Translations under genes and position numbers: made by a program
Shown here: positions 1 through 12,120 of the stretch, in pieces
Numbering within the stretch: position 1 is the first letter of the stretch
Layout of the letters: each line of letters starts with the position of its first letter
Origin: Lama glama
Taxonomy: Eukaryota
Length of the DNA stretch: 64,000 bases
Assembly: GCA_028534125.1 (NCBI GenBank)
Contig: CM052832.1
Coordinates: forward strand, 22,942,001 to 23,006,000
Direction of reading: 5' to 3'
The notes under the pieces: model-generated
Told to the model about the DNA's origin: nothing
What the model saw: only the letters and a program-made list of their open reading frames with translations
Database searches by the model: none

Positions 1-829
1 ACATTGTGATCTTTTATGTCTGGCCTATGACCCAGATTATAAAAATATTCCAGCATGCTTCTTAGGAAGCCATCTGATAAAAGCAAAGGCTGTGTCTAAG
101 TCTTTGTCTGACACATTGGATGCACTCAATTATCTGTTGACTAAATGAATACGCTAAAAAGGGCAGGAGGTGCATCTGCAGTGCTGTGATTGCTTCCAAC
201 TTGCACGGAAAGATGCGTGACAAATAAAGTTCTGGGATTCATTTTCATATTTTCTGCAAAGATCTCATATTGAAATAAGGAGCTGATCCGCTAAATTTCA
301 CAATTATAAATGGGAGTTGTTTGTATTATACATGACTTTCCAAAAGCAATGGTCTGAGTGTTTTTCAGTAATTTATGGACTAAATATACATAAAAACAGA
401 AGACACAAAATAAAAGATGAGGAATGATCAATGACTGAAAACTATCACTACTGCAGAGAGGAGCTTTAGAAGCCATCAGCGTTCTATCCATTCTAAACGC
501 TTTTGCTCTATTGTTTAAAAATAGATACAGTACACTGGAACTAGGTTTCTACTATTCCACTAAACTTAGGTCGAATTTTGAACGCCATGGCATAGACAGA
601 TACAAAAAACTGTGAGAGCCAATATAAAGCAAGCCATAAAGACGATTTAATTTTTTCAAAATCCAAATAAAGGTTATGAAACCAGAAAAACGTGAATAGA
701 GGATTAATAACAAATCTTCAGGTACATCAACATTCCCACTTAGAGACTACAAACCTACTCTCCCCTTCAACAGCCAGGGAAGAATAGATGGACTAACCAG
801 CAGTGTGAAGAAATTAGCTGAAGAAATTA

Positions 830-1080
830 CTGGGGGGAAAGGGGGTGGGAAGGGATAAACTAGGAATTTGAGATTTGCAGATACTAACAACTATATGTAA
901 AATAGATCAGCAACAGGTTTCTACTGTGTAGCACAGGGAACTACATTCAATGTCTTGTGGTATCCTATAGTGAAAAAGAGTTTGAAAGGGAATATATATG
1001 TGTGTATATGTATGACTGAAACGTAATGCTGTACATCAGAAATTGACACATTGTAAACCAACTGTACTTCAACTTAACAA
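830..1080 (+). mobile_element. 5'-truncated artiodactyl-type L1 3' end
   Basis: G-rich tract followed by typical L1 3'UTR motifs (CTACTGTGTAGCACAGGGAACTAC, GCTGTACATCAGAAATTGACACATTGTAAACCAACTGTACTTCAA). Flanking direct repeat AAGAAATTA at 821-829 and 1081-1089. Confidence 0.85.
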
Positions 1081-2520
1081 AAGAAATTAGACGAGACGTA
1101 AATAAGGGTTATCAGACTACTAGGTATCTCCTGAAATGTCTCATCACAAAGAAAAAACTGGGCAAGTTCTCTCCTCAAGGACTTCAGAGACCAGATCCAT
1201 TTTAGCAAGACTGAATTTGTGATCTCTCGTCTCCTATGTCATCCCAGTGGGTTGTTAATCTAATAGAAATGAACAAGGAATAAAATTCTCTCCAGTAATA
1301 GGAGAATTTCCTTTTTTTGTTCTCACTGATGTAATTCCTTTAAAATGTATGGCAATCATTAAAAGAATTTAACACAGAAGCAATCTGCTGGTCCCTCAAA
1401 GCGTGATCCCATATACACCAGAGGTGAAAACCTGATTTCTTATTTCTACACTGTGGCCCAAATAGCTTATCTGGTTTTCTGCGGGTATGATCGTTGTATT
1501 TCTGAGATTAGAGGTGCCCTGCAGCAAAAGGCAATTAACTGAATGATGAGTCTTGCTAATGTACGGTGCCTGTACGGACAGCAAAGATAACTTAATATGC
1601 ATCTGATGTCTGTTCATTTATCATCTCCGCCACTCAATTTTCAAAATACAATGACTTCTGAATCAATGGCCAAATACTTGAGAAAATATATTTTAACAAT
1701 TTTATGAAAGAACAAGCTATTTGTACCTAAAACTATTTAACCAGTTAAACTTTATTCAGTATACTATAAACCTTTCACTATACTATGGTAACTTAAGGAT
1801 TGCATTTTCAATGGTCTATTTATATAAAGTTTAGTCTATTTGCCATTACAACCATGGCTTTTCTTCTTTCATTTTAAGCCAGGTAAGAACTTAAGAGAAG
1901 TTAGTGTTTAAAGCCCTTGTGGAAGATGTTTAAACCAGCCTCACCATGCAAGCAAAACTATCTCACCTTTAAATTCTCCCAAGAGGAGGCAGCACATCCA
2001 GTATTTGACAAGACTGCAGCATGTGCCCTTCACTAAGGGGCCATGGAGTTTCAATGATCACGTGCCCCTGGGTGGGCCTTTTCTTTGTAGACCTCAGGGA
2101 AATGATGATCCACGTACCTCACTGATCACAGGAGCGGCTCTGGGGAAGGTGTTAAAGCACCTTTCCCCTTGTCTAGGGAGACCGGCCTTGGATATTTATT
2201 CTTCGTCCAGGTTCACTACCTCTCTTGCTATTCCTCCCTTGGAATATTAAAATTACATGTTTTTCTGGTTGGGTACCAAGAAAGTGTGTGTCCACCCTAA
2301 CCCCAAAATAATTTTTTAAAAATGTTTTATTTACTTATCTATTTTCTACATTATGGCTATTCATTTTTTGATCTAGAGGCAGTGACTGTGGATTTGATAT
2401 AACTGCATTTAACTATTAATCATCTGATACAAGCCTGGCACTGGCTTATTTCTGCCACAGATGAAGAAAATGGTTAAAAACTAACTAGTCTCATGGAGAA
2501 TTATATTAAGTCCTACATTT

Positions 2521-2921
2521 AAAAAAATTAGTATTTTTTTAGCAGTTTTAAGTTTATAGAAAAAAACTGAGCAAAAAGTAGAGAGTTCCTAGAGATCGCC
2601 TCACACACAACCCACGCCACACCCCGCTAATCTTCCCTGCTATTAACACCATGCATTGTTGTGCTACATTTGCTATAACTGATAAACCAGTATTAACTCA
2701 TTATTAACTAAAATCCATAGTTTACACTAGGGCTCACTTCTTCTGCTGTCCATTCTATGAGTTTTGACAAATGAGTACTGTCATGTACCCACCATTACTA
2801 CATCACACAGAAGTTTCACCGCCCTAAAACCCCCACTGTGCACCTCCCATTCATCCCCTCCTCCCTCACTCTAAACCCCTGGCTGCCACTGATGTTTTTT
2901 CACTGCCTCCATAGTTTGGCT
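2521..2921 (-). mobile_element. L1MC-type 3' end fragment
   Basis: Resembles the reverse of an old L1MC 3'UTR (TTATTAACTAAAATCCATAGTTTACACTAGGGCTCAC; CATTCTATGAGTTTTGACAAATG). Flanked by AGTCCTAC at 2509 and 2922. Confidence 0.8.
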
Positions 2922-2963
2922 AGTCCTACCTCTTTATTTTTTTTTCCTCTTTTAAGTCATTTT

Positions 2964-3122
2964 AAGAAATAAGTGATGAAGAGATAAGCAATTATCTGAG
3001 AAAGAGTTTAAAGTAATGATGGTGAAGATGTTCAAAGAACTCAAGGGAAGTATAGATGCACAGAGCGAAGTCTTCAGCAAAGAGTTGGAAAATATAAAGA
3101 ATACCCAAACAGAGTTGAAGAA
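2964..3122 (+). mobile_element. Isolated L1 ORF1 N-terminal fragment
   Basis: Translates as LSEKEFKVMMVKMFKELKGSIDAQSEVFSKELENIKNTQTELKN, resembling the L1 ORF1p N-terminus/coiled coil. Flanked by TAAGTCA(T/C)TTT. Confidence 0.75.
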
Positions 3123-3133
3123 TAAGTCACTTT

Positions 3134-3235
3134 ATTATTTTCCTTTTTTATTGAAGTATAGTTGATTCACAATGCCATGTTGGTTTCAGGTGTACAGCAT
3201 AGTTACTTGATATTTTTATAGATTGTACTCATGCC
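3134..3235 (-). mobile_element. Short L1 3' end (artiodactyl type)
   Basis: TTTTTATTGAAGTATAGTTGATTCACAATGCCATGTTGGTTTCAGGTGTACAGCATAGT is the reverse of an L1 3' terminus. Confidence 0.8.
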
Positions 3236-3319
3236 AGTCCTACATTTGTAATCACTTGATTTTCCCATTCCCTTTATCCACTTGCCTTTGGTTTCCTCAT
3301 TTTCTTCCTGTTCCACTTA

Positions 3320-3780
3320 AATTCCCTGGCTAGCTATTATTATCACTTCCTTGCACGACTCCTCAACTCCCTTACCCATATTCACTTGGCAAAACTACAT
3401 TTTCTAACTAGTCTGCACTGCCATCCTCGTGGCTCATCACATTGACTGGTCTCAATGCAAATTCGTGATCATGAACTTCAAAGTGAACATCTATGCAGCC
3501 GGGCAAGCACGTTATACAACCTGGTCCATTCACCTGATCATTCTCTAGTCAGGCTCTTTCAGACATTCCCTCTTTCCTCTGTCTCCTAACAGGTCATCCT
3601 CTGTTCTCTTTCTCGGCTGATGATGTCACTTCCTATTTCACTGGAAATCACTGAAGCAATCAGAAGACCTCCCACTAACTGGCATGTGTACAATCCCGCC
3701 GGCTGTGGTGGGTGAACTAGCCATTATCCTATCTAAACTTCCTCCACTGTGCACTTGATCTTTCTTCTCACCCACTCCAA
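3320..3780 (+). mobile_element. L2 LINE internal fragment
   Basis: Degenerate L2 ORF2-region motifs (CTGATGATGTCACTTCCTATTTCACTGGAAATCACTGAAGCAATCAGAAGA). Confidence 0.65.
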
Positions 3781-3819
3781 AATCTATGCAAATCAGGTGA
3801 ATTTGTTAAGTAACCTAAT

Positions 3820-4283
3820 ATAAACCCTACACGAGATAATTTCTTTTCTCTCCCATATAAAAGACATGCCATCACAAGACATGTCTTTCAGGACTGGACC
3901 TGAAGCTCTGCCCCACGACGTCCTCAGGGACCTCAGCTCTTTCAACACATCTCTTCACTACTCCGGGCTGTGACCTGCACCTTCCTGGTCTAAAAGGATG
4001 CTGTTTCGTCCACATCCCAGGTTAGCATGAGGGAGGAAGGGGAGGAAAAGGAAGAACACAAACAGCATGTGCAGTTTATTTTAAGGGATGAGACGACAAG
4101 CTGCCACGTGAGAATGTCCATTTACATTCTGAGGACCACATCTTAGTCACACAGCCCTATGGGGTTGCAAGAGAGGCTGAGAAATGTCACCTCTGTCCTA
4201 GATGACCAAGTGTGGAACAAAAGTCACTATTACTGTGGAGGAAAAGAGAATGGGTGTTTAGGGACACATAGCAGTTTCTTCTA
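3820..4283 (-). mobile_element. Old MaLR LTR (MLT1-like)
   Basis: CTTAGTCACACAGCCC...GCAAGAGAGGCTGAGAAATGT and ...GAGAATGGGTGTTTAGGGACACATAGCAGTTTCT resemble a reversed MLT1J/K/L. Confidence 0.6.
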
Positions 4284-4538
4284 AAATGTGTGTGTGATCA
4301 CAGCAAAGCAGAGGACTGCTTCAGCCAAGTCTTTGTGAAGAAAGACGAAACTCTCCTGCCCGTGACTGATCCCACCCCTTCAGTGCAAACTTCAACCTCA
4401 CTGCCCTCCAAGCTGCTGCGTGAGTCCTGCTCATGCTTGCTTCCTTAACTCTCCTCTTCCTGGGTTCCTTGCAAATACCACCCTCCTCAATTAATCTCTT
4501 TCTGAGACTGAATACAGTATCACTGACTAGGTTTCAAT

Positions 4539-5100
4539 CAGGGCCAACTTCATGGGGGGCTACCAGGGCAATCACGAAGATTTCACACACAGAAGAGTCT
4601 ATACTCGGTGTTTAATGCTCTGCAGTCACCATCTTGGAATTCTTAATAATGGCATCTCCGAATTTATGTTTTGTAAGCAAAGCCCTGTGGGACAATGGAA
4701 CATGGCCCCCGCTTGGAGCCTTGGCTCATGCTGCCTCCAGGAACGATTCCCTGCTACCCACCCACTGCCTCCTGGTGCCCAGTTTCACCTGGCTTCTCCC
4801 TCCCTACCTCTGCCCGGTGACCACGGCCACCCCCATTTCTTGGCACCCAAGGCCCCTTCTCTGCCCCCAGCAGGGGCCTCAGCACAGTGGCAGTTCCAGG
4901 GCAGGACATCAAGGGAGGTGACACGATGGGCAGAGGCTCTTACTCACCCCCATTCAGGTACCGAGTATGTCTTGGTGTGGAGGCTGCAATCCCTTGAGGG
5001 TCACCTGGCCCTTTAAGGGTGTATCTTTCCCTGACTTTTGAACAAGGGCTCCTACACTTTCATTCTGCACTGGACCAGGGAAATTATGAAGCTGGCCCCA
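4539..5100 (+). mobile_element. MER45-family non-autonomous hAT-Tip100 DNA transposon, both ends intact
   Basis: Terminal inverted repeats CAGGGCCAACTTCAT ... ATGAAGCTGGCCCCA. 8-bp TSD GTTTCAAT (4531-4538) / GTTTCAAC (5101-5108). Internal TTTAATGCTCTGCAGTCACCATCTTGGAATTCTTAATAAT. Confidence 0.85.
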
Positions 5101-6734
5101 GTTTCAACCTGCTTTATTACCTCGCGTTCCAATCAGGACTCCTTCAGCTGATCCCCACACCGCCCCGAGGAGCACACCGGGTTATCGCACAAACCCAACC
5201 CTTTCCAATTTTTACAGTCTCTTGGGTTGTTTCTACAGTTGAGGAATGTAGGCCATTCTATCTCCCTCATGTGTATTCAGAAGGCAATTTCTCTGTCACT
5301 CCCCTGTACCTATCTTGTGTTGTAATCATTCACACGGGTCCCTTTGAATCTCCTTGGCACCTAATCAGGAGTTTCACATAGAGTAGGTCTGCAGCAAATG
5401 TGGTTAAATATTTAACTCTTGTATGAATCAATCAAGAAAGCCTGAAGGTGTTTTCTGGGCTTTATCAGCTTCAGAAATGCCTTTCTCCAGTTCATGCAAC
5501 GATGCCACAGGTAGAAGGACAACCCCTGAGAACTCTCAGTCTGTGGCCCTGGAGTTTCTGCTCTGTCATCAGCTAGGCACCATGCCCTCGCGTCTCTCAC
5601 AGCTCCAAATCAATGGGCATCACAAAGGGACACACACCAGGTCCTGAGAGACTGGGCGCTGTCTCTCCTTGATAAAGAGAGCTCTTGTTTATTCACCCAT
5701 GCACTCTAGTTTTGCATTCAGAAGACAAAGCAGCAAGCAGGAGCTTGTTGGGAGAATAAGAGATGCCAGAAGTAAGGGGCGGGGAGGTGGGGGGTGGTCA
5801 TTCTGTTGTCACTTGCAGCCCATCTCTTGTCTAAAGAATCTTTAGCCTCCTAATTGTCTCCCTCCCCTTTCTGTGTCTGCCTCTCACACACTGAACACTC
5901 CCAGACAGCTTTACAAATTGACTCTGGAATTGTTGAGCAGTAAAAATTCCACTGAGTCTGAAAAAGACACACTTCTCCCCATATTTATTCATCAGTTTCT
6001 ATTTTATGTCTTGTCCTCATCTAATTATGCTCTACGCTGCCCTTGGTGTTACTGAGAACTAGGCAGTTAGTCTCTGCCCTCTGCTCTCTCTCTATCCCTG
6101 CTTCGGTAGTCCTTCCCTTATTCTAAAAGCCTCCTCCTGTCTCCTCCTTGGGGTCTCTGTTCTCTTGAGTCCCCATCAGACTCATGTCCTCATTCGCACT
6201 AGTTTATGACCGACATACTGTACGACTCTTCCTGGGACTATCTGCATTTTAAACCACCTTGCCTAGAGAGGGCAACATTCAACCCAAAAGAGTAAAATCT
6301 CCAGTCATATAATTTTAGGTCCTGTAGAAGGTGGATAGTATGGTATTTCAGGGCAAAGGCATTCCTAGCACCCCTCAAATCACACTCAGAAGCAGCTGTT
6401 CGCCATAGATCTTGAAATGAATAGCCCCAGTGATTCTCCTCCTCTTGTCACTGAACTAGGAAAACTATTTATTTTAATAGCAAATAAACAAAACAAACAA
6501 ACAAGACACTTAATACCTATGGCCAACACAGCTGGCCCAGGGACCTGAAATGGAAAGTGAACTGGAAGAATATTCAGGCTATTTTAAACTGCCCTCCTGG
6601 TTTTCTAGATCCTAGTTCTATGAACTTTTGCTTATTTTGACAGCTGCTCAAGAGAAAAGCCAGAGCCTTCCAGGACTGATGGAATTGCAGCTCCCACACA
6701 GCTCCCTGTGAGCTAGCAGGTAAATCTGACCCTG

Positions 6735-7230
6735 GCATTCCTGAGCTATAAACTGTTCAGTGGCTCCCATGTCCTACAAAATAAAATCTTCACAGTAGCA
6801 TAGAGCACAAGACTTTCCTACTGCCTAGCCTCTATTTCTTCTAGACATTCTTTCCTCCCATCCCTGCTGCCTCCTTTCTGGAAGACCTGCCCATATTCTG
6901 ATGCTGTGTTAACACTCCATACTCGGAGGCCCAGAAACAGGTATGTGTCCTTTGGCTGCCGTACATTTTCACAAGCTGTTTCCTCTCAAAATGTTCTCTG
7001 CCTAGTAAAGTTTTCTTAATGCTTTAGGTCTCCTGAGATCTTACATCCCCTTAAGCTGTGGTCTCATATGCCCATATATCTATTAAAGAAAAACATGTAT
7101 CAATCATGTTGCTTGTCTGTCCAGTTACCCAGAAGACTATCAGCTCCTTGGGTTTTTATGCTTCCATATTCCCAGTACCTAGCACAGAGCCTGGCACATA
7201 GTAGGTATTAAAAATTTAGTAGGCATTGAA
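6735..7230 (+). mobile_element. L2 3' region
   Basis: Ends with CCCAGTACCTAGCACAGAGCCTGGCACATAGTAGGTATT, the L2 3' terminus. Confidence 0.75.
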
Positions 7231-7335
7231 AGTTGATGAGCCATTCACTGAATGAGGTTAAAACTGTTTGGAAATACTACATGCCTACTTTCACCTTATA
7301 AATGCCATGGGAACTTTTCTTTTAGATTCCTAGAA

Positions 7336-7559
7336 CAGGGACTAGTAAACTACATCCTGTGGACCAAACATGGCCCACCACTTGCTTTTATAAATAAAGT
7401 TTTCTTGGCACACAGTCACACCCATTCATTCATGTATAGTATATAACTGCTTTTGCACTACAACAGCAGAGTTGAAAAGGAGACTCCATGGACTGCAAAG
7501 GCTGAAATATTTACTATCTGTATTATCTAACCCTTTAAAGAAAAAGTCTGCCAACTCTG
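7336..7559. mobile_element. MER58A-like hAT-Charlie MITE
   Basis: CAGGGACTAGTAAACTAC...ATAAATAAAGTTTTCTTGGCACACAGTCACACCCATTCATT...AAAATATTTACTATCTG-like...AAAAAGTCTGCCAACTCTG, in a CTAG-centred target. Confidence 0.85.
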
Positions 7560-8659
7560 CCCTAGGGGAGACAGAGAAAAAGATAGCAAAAGAGTTGTAC
7601 ATGAAATGGAGGAAGAGAAGAGATTCAGGAGAGAAGACTTGCAAGAAAAGTGCAATGTCCTTCAATTTACACTGCTCCAAAGGGCGGTCCAGTTTTCAAA
7701 TGCCCTCTCTGACTGGAAGAACAGGACTCCTGAGCAAAGGCAAGAAAAGTGAGAACAAATTCTCCGCAGGAGCTTGGAACACAAGGACGCTGTTGTCAAT
7801 TGTTTGCTGAGGCAGAGAGAAGGGCAAGCTGATCCCAAGAAGTTAGTAAAAGCACTAATGCCTAATAATAATTGCAGCAGAGAGCTTTTCAGGTGCCCAT
7901 TAAAAAGAGTGCTTTGTCCTAATAAATACCAGAGTAAGAGTCTGCTCTCAGAGCCCCCTTCCTCCACTTTGTTCTTAATGAGCCTTCTAATGAGTGCGCC
8001 GTATTTATATCCTTGAGAGACTCATCACTCCCCATTTCAGCCTGTTATTTAAATATATGGCATGGTGTGAAAAGCCTGGAAAAAAAAAGTCCAAGGAATC
8101 TTCTCTGTACCTTTTCCAATGGCCGACGTCACCCCTGCAGGACACAGGAGAGGGTATGAACTGGATTCATAGAACAATGACTCCCTCTACTTTTAACAGG
8201 GCGAGAATCACAAAAGCTGGGAAGTACTGCCAAACTCAGGGCTGTTTTCTAAATATAATTGTTTTTAAAAAAAAAAAGTAGCACTTAGACAATAATGATT
8301 TCCTTGCTCTGCTATTTAGTTCCTAAAAAGACAACAGCTCCTGACCTCTCAAAACAGAAGGAATCTGGAGTTGGCAGGTTTACCTTGGAATTCAGGATTT
8401 GCTTATTTTATTTCATTTTTGAATATTTTTCTTTTTGTTATTCAAAAAATAAAAATTACCACAGAAAGATGGGAGTTACTCAGAACTCGAGTTATGAATC
8501 TTTCTGGGTTATCAAGTTTTCCAGACAGCTAAGAATTTATTCTTTTTTTTTATGGCAAAATCTTAAAATCTTTATTTCTTCCCATAACCATAAAACCATT
8601 ATCTTAGCTCCCTAAAAACACAAAGGGAAAGGAAAGAACAAAAAAAGCAAACGGTAATT

Positions 8660-9160
8660 CCATAATATCACTTAATATCATCAAATATTCAGTTAGTATT
8701 TAAATTTCTCCAATTGTCTCATAATTGTTGGTTACAATCAATGTGTGTCTTAGACTCTCTTAATTTATAGTTTATTGCTAATCCTATTTTATCCTTTGCA
8801 ATTTATTTGTTAAAGAAATGGAGTTTTCATCCTGCAGAGTTTCCGACCTTCTGGATTTTGCTGATTGCATCCCTGTGCCACCCTTCAACGTGCTACTCTG
8901 CACTTTCTGTAGCTAGAACCAGGAGGTCATAACGTTAAAGAAAAAGTGTCATTCTTCAGAGGTGCATCCTAATGAAATGATACAATTTCCGGGATTTGCA
9001 TCAATCTGATACAGTGAAGAGTAGATACAGAGGAAAGGGCTACAAATGAAACAAGATTGGACACACTGATAACTGCTGATGCTGGATGATGGGCATATAA
9101 AGTTATCTTACCTCTTCCACTTTTGTATATGTTCCAAAATCCTTCTAATTAAAAAAATTA
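8660..9160. mobile_element. Two old L1 3' fragments (L1MC-like on minus, then L1ME-like on plus)
   Basis: TCTGGATTTTGCTGATTGCATCCC, then ATGAAACAAGATTGG...CTGGATGATGGGCATAT...CTTTTGTATATGTT. Confidence 0.6.
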
Positions 9161-10785
9161 AATATATATTTCATTAGTTTTAGATGAAAATTTCTGAAAC
9201 ACATCACACACTCTATCCTTCCTAAACATTTGCTCTTTTCTTGATAATACCTGGTCCTCATTCTAAAGAGTCCACTATAATAAATAGCTCAATAAACTAG
9301 AGGAACTTCTTCATTATGTATTTCAGTATAGGCAAGAAATCACACGAAATTCTTGGTTTCATTTGAAATCCAGGTTTCTACATATTAAGAGAGAATTTTA
9401 TGGGTCTATATTTTTGACTAATTGAGAATAAAATATAAAACTACCAACCTGGAAAAGCAGTTCTCAAACAGGGATCACAACCCCTCAGAGGTTCATGAAA
9501 TTTGTACGAATATCCATTAGCAGCAGATCCATTTCCTCTAGCCCCAACTTTACACTTGAGATCAGCTAGATTTGCTTATATTTTTTGTTTGTTTTATTAG
9601 TAACATGGAAAATACAGAGCCAGAAAAGGTGGTGGGAAAAGGCTGAGGCTTGCTGATCAGCCAACACTGAGTTACAGTTCAGCTTTCTTTCCATCTCAGT
9701 CTGTGACTGAGATTAAGGGGTTCAGGGCTGTCTAGGCACAGGGCCTTCTAGCTCCCAACCTGCCTCGAAGCGGGAAGGTAACAGTGTCGGAGCTAGAAGT
9801 GGGAGCTATCCTGATTTAGAGGGACAAAAGCTCACAACTCTAGCTACCTCTCCCTGTGGGAACCCATTAACAATGGTTCCAATAAAGTGGAACCTCTTTA
9901 TAAATAAGTCAGAGAGTTGGCAGTTGTTTCCCTTCCACTACTTCGGCCCCGAGAAAGCCACGGAAGAGCCCATTTGCTGAGAGGCGAGCGATGCCTGCTG
10001 CCAGGCTCAGGGCACTTTTGTGCCTCAGAAGCTGTATCTTATACTCATTAGCTACTTCTCCAGGGTGATGCTTTTCCTCATTCTCGTCTTGACTACCACT
10101 GCTCAGACAGTCTCCATTCAGAACTCACCGGGTCTCAGCTCAATGCAGCTGCAGGTGCTTCTAATGAAGGGACACAGCGCTCAGTATGTGGCTCTGATTT
10201 TGGCAGTGAACTAGTCCTCCCACGACAAATGAGCTTTCTGTGCTGAATCCCACATCCATCAGTGATGTGAGAAAGTGTGTCTTGAAGTCAATTTTAGTTC
10301 CTTCTAACAGAATCTGAGAACCTTGTCCTTGCCTTAATTAATTCAGGATCGTTATGAAATGCCCATGTTGCTCATACTTTTACTTTTAAATTCTAACTAT
10401 AGCATTGCTTCTCTCTCTACTCAATAAATGTTCTCAAGCTCACATAAAACTACTGAACTCATTATGAAGATTACTGAAGGTATTATGAAAAAGCTATCAC
10501 TAATTCAGTTTGCAGTTGGACAATAACTTGCTTTCTTCCATAATTTCTTCAGTTCTGGCCTATCTTTCCGGGACTCTGGAATATTTTATGTATCTAGATT
10601 AACCTGGCAAGCTCCACTTTCACGTCCAACTTTCTTAGGCTCATGCCCTGCCTCTTCCTCTTTTGTCACTAGCAATGCCCCTCCTTCTCTGCAGGCCAGC
10701 CCGATAGCATCCCAAACATCAGTACTAATTTTCACTTGCTTTTCGAATTATTTATGGAAACACAGAAGCCATACACTCTCTAGAA

Positions 10786-11007
10786 CAGCACTGTCCAACA
10801 GATCTTTCTCTAGTGATGGAAATATCCAATACGGCAGCCACTAACCACATGCGGCTATTGAGTACTTGACTAACTTAAAGATGAGTAGTGTGATCAGAAA
10901 AGTAAAATTTTAACTTTAATTAACTTTATTCTATTTTCATTAATTTAAATTAAAATTTAAATAGCCATATATGTAGCTAGTGGCTACAATTTTGGACAAC
11001 CAAGCAG
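10786..11007. mobile_element. MER3-like hAT-Charlie MITE
   Basis: CAGCACTGTCCAA...TTGGACAAC termini with a perfect 8-bp TSD CTCTAGAA at 10778-10785 and 11008-11015. Confidence 0.85.
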
Positions 11008-11659
11008 CTCTAGAATTTTCTACAAATCTCACCATTATTAAGACACTACCCATCCTCAGTTATTCAAGTGCTGTTACAATACCACCAAGCACTATGCTCA
11101 ACTGAAACGGATTTCCTGGTGGCTAACAGTTACTTGTGTTTCGAGATTTTTGACACACATACACATACCCACGCACAGTTTTGGAATAGGGTATTTAAAT
11201 AAGTATATATTCAGCATGGAATCCTGGAAAAGTACTGATTTTGATATCATGTAAAACTGAATTTGTGAGATTCAGATCCAAAAAGTCTGACTCCAGAGTA
11301 TTCACTGCTGTTACTGATCTAGGGTAAGAGAAACCACACTTGAGTTAGTCACCGGTCAGACAAGGCAGTGATCACTTCCCATGACAGCCATTGCTGAGCC
11401 AGCTGAAGGTGGTTTGTGTGGAGAGCCTACCTCGTGTTAGGATGTGCAGTAGTCTCAACAGTAAACCAGCTCCTGTCCCACACCTGCCTCCCTCCTGCCA
11501 TGATTTACGTGCATATCCTGTCTGTAACCCCAACGTCCTTTCCAGACTATTCAGAATGCATTCTCTCCCCACATTACGTTGAAAGTATTCTGAACTCAGC
11601 CACTACACTGACCCTCAAGATGGGAGTCCAAAACAGGCAAAGAAGTTCTTTAGATGTGG

Positions 11660-12120
11660 GATCAGAGCAAGAGTATTAAATTCATGCAGATCTTGGTTTG
11701 AATCCCAATTTCTTCTTTTACAAGCTGTATGCCCCTAGGAAAATTACTTAACTCTCTTACATCTCAATTTCTTTATCTCTATAATGGGAATATTATAACC
11801 TCTTCCCTGGGGTTATTGAGAGAGCTTAATGCATAGTGCTTAATAAGTGATCATACTCTTAAAAAAATAACTGAGTTTGGACACCAGTTTTACCCTTATT
11901 AATGAAATGGCCTTGGACTATTCATTTTACCTCTATTGGCCTCAAATTTCTCTCTGGAAAACAAGGAAGATAATATCTATTTTTCAGAATTCTTATGAAA
12001 GTTAAATTAAATGTGTTAACCACATTAAATTAAATTGCAATAAAATAGAGAACACAGGAAGTGCCTAACACGCTGCTCCTATATGGTAGCAGGCACTCAG
12101 TCAGTGGAGGTTATTACAGA
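11660..12120 (+). mobile_element. Two tandem MIR SINE copies
   Basis: MIR core motifs (GGTTTGAATCCC, TTACTTAACTCTCT..CTCAATTTCTTTATCTCTATAATGGG; CCTCAAATTTCTCTCTGGAAAA). Confidence 0.7.

Noticed and set aside
4552..5016. 154-aa and 95-aa ORFs
   Set aside because: They lie inside a GC-rich non-autonomous MER45-type element and show no transposase-like motifs.
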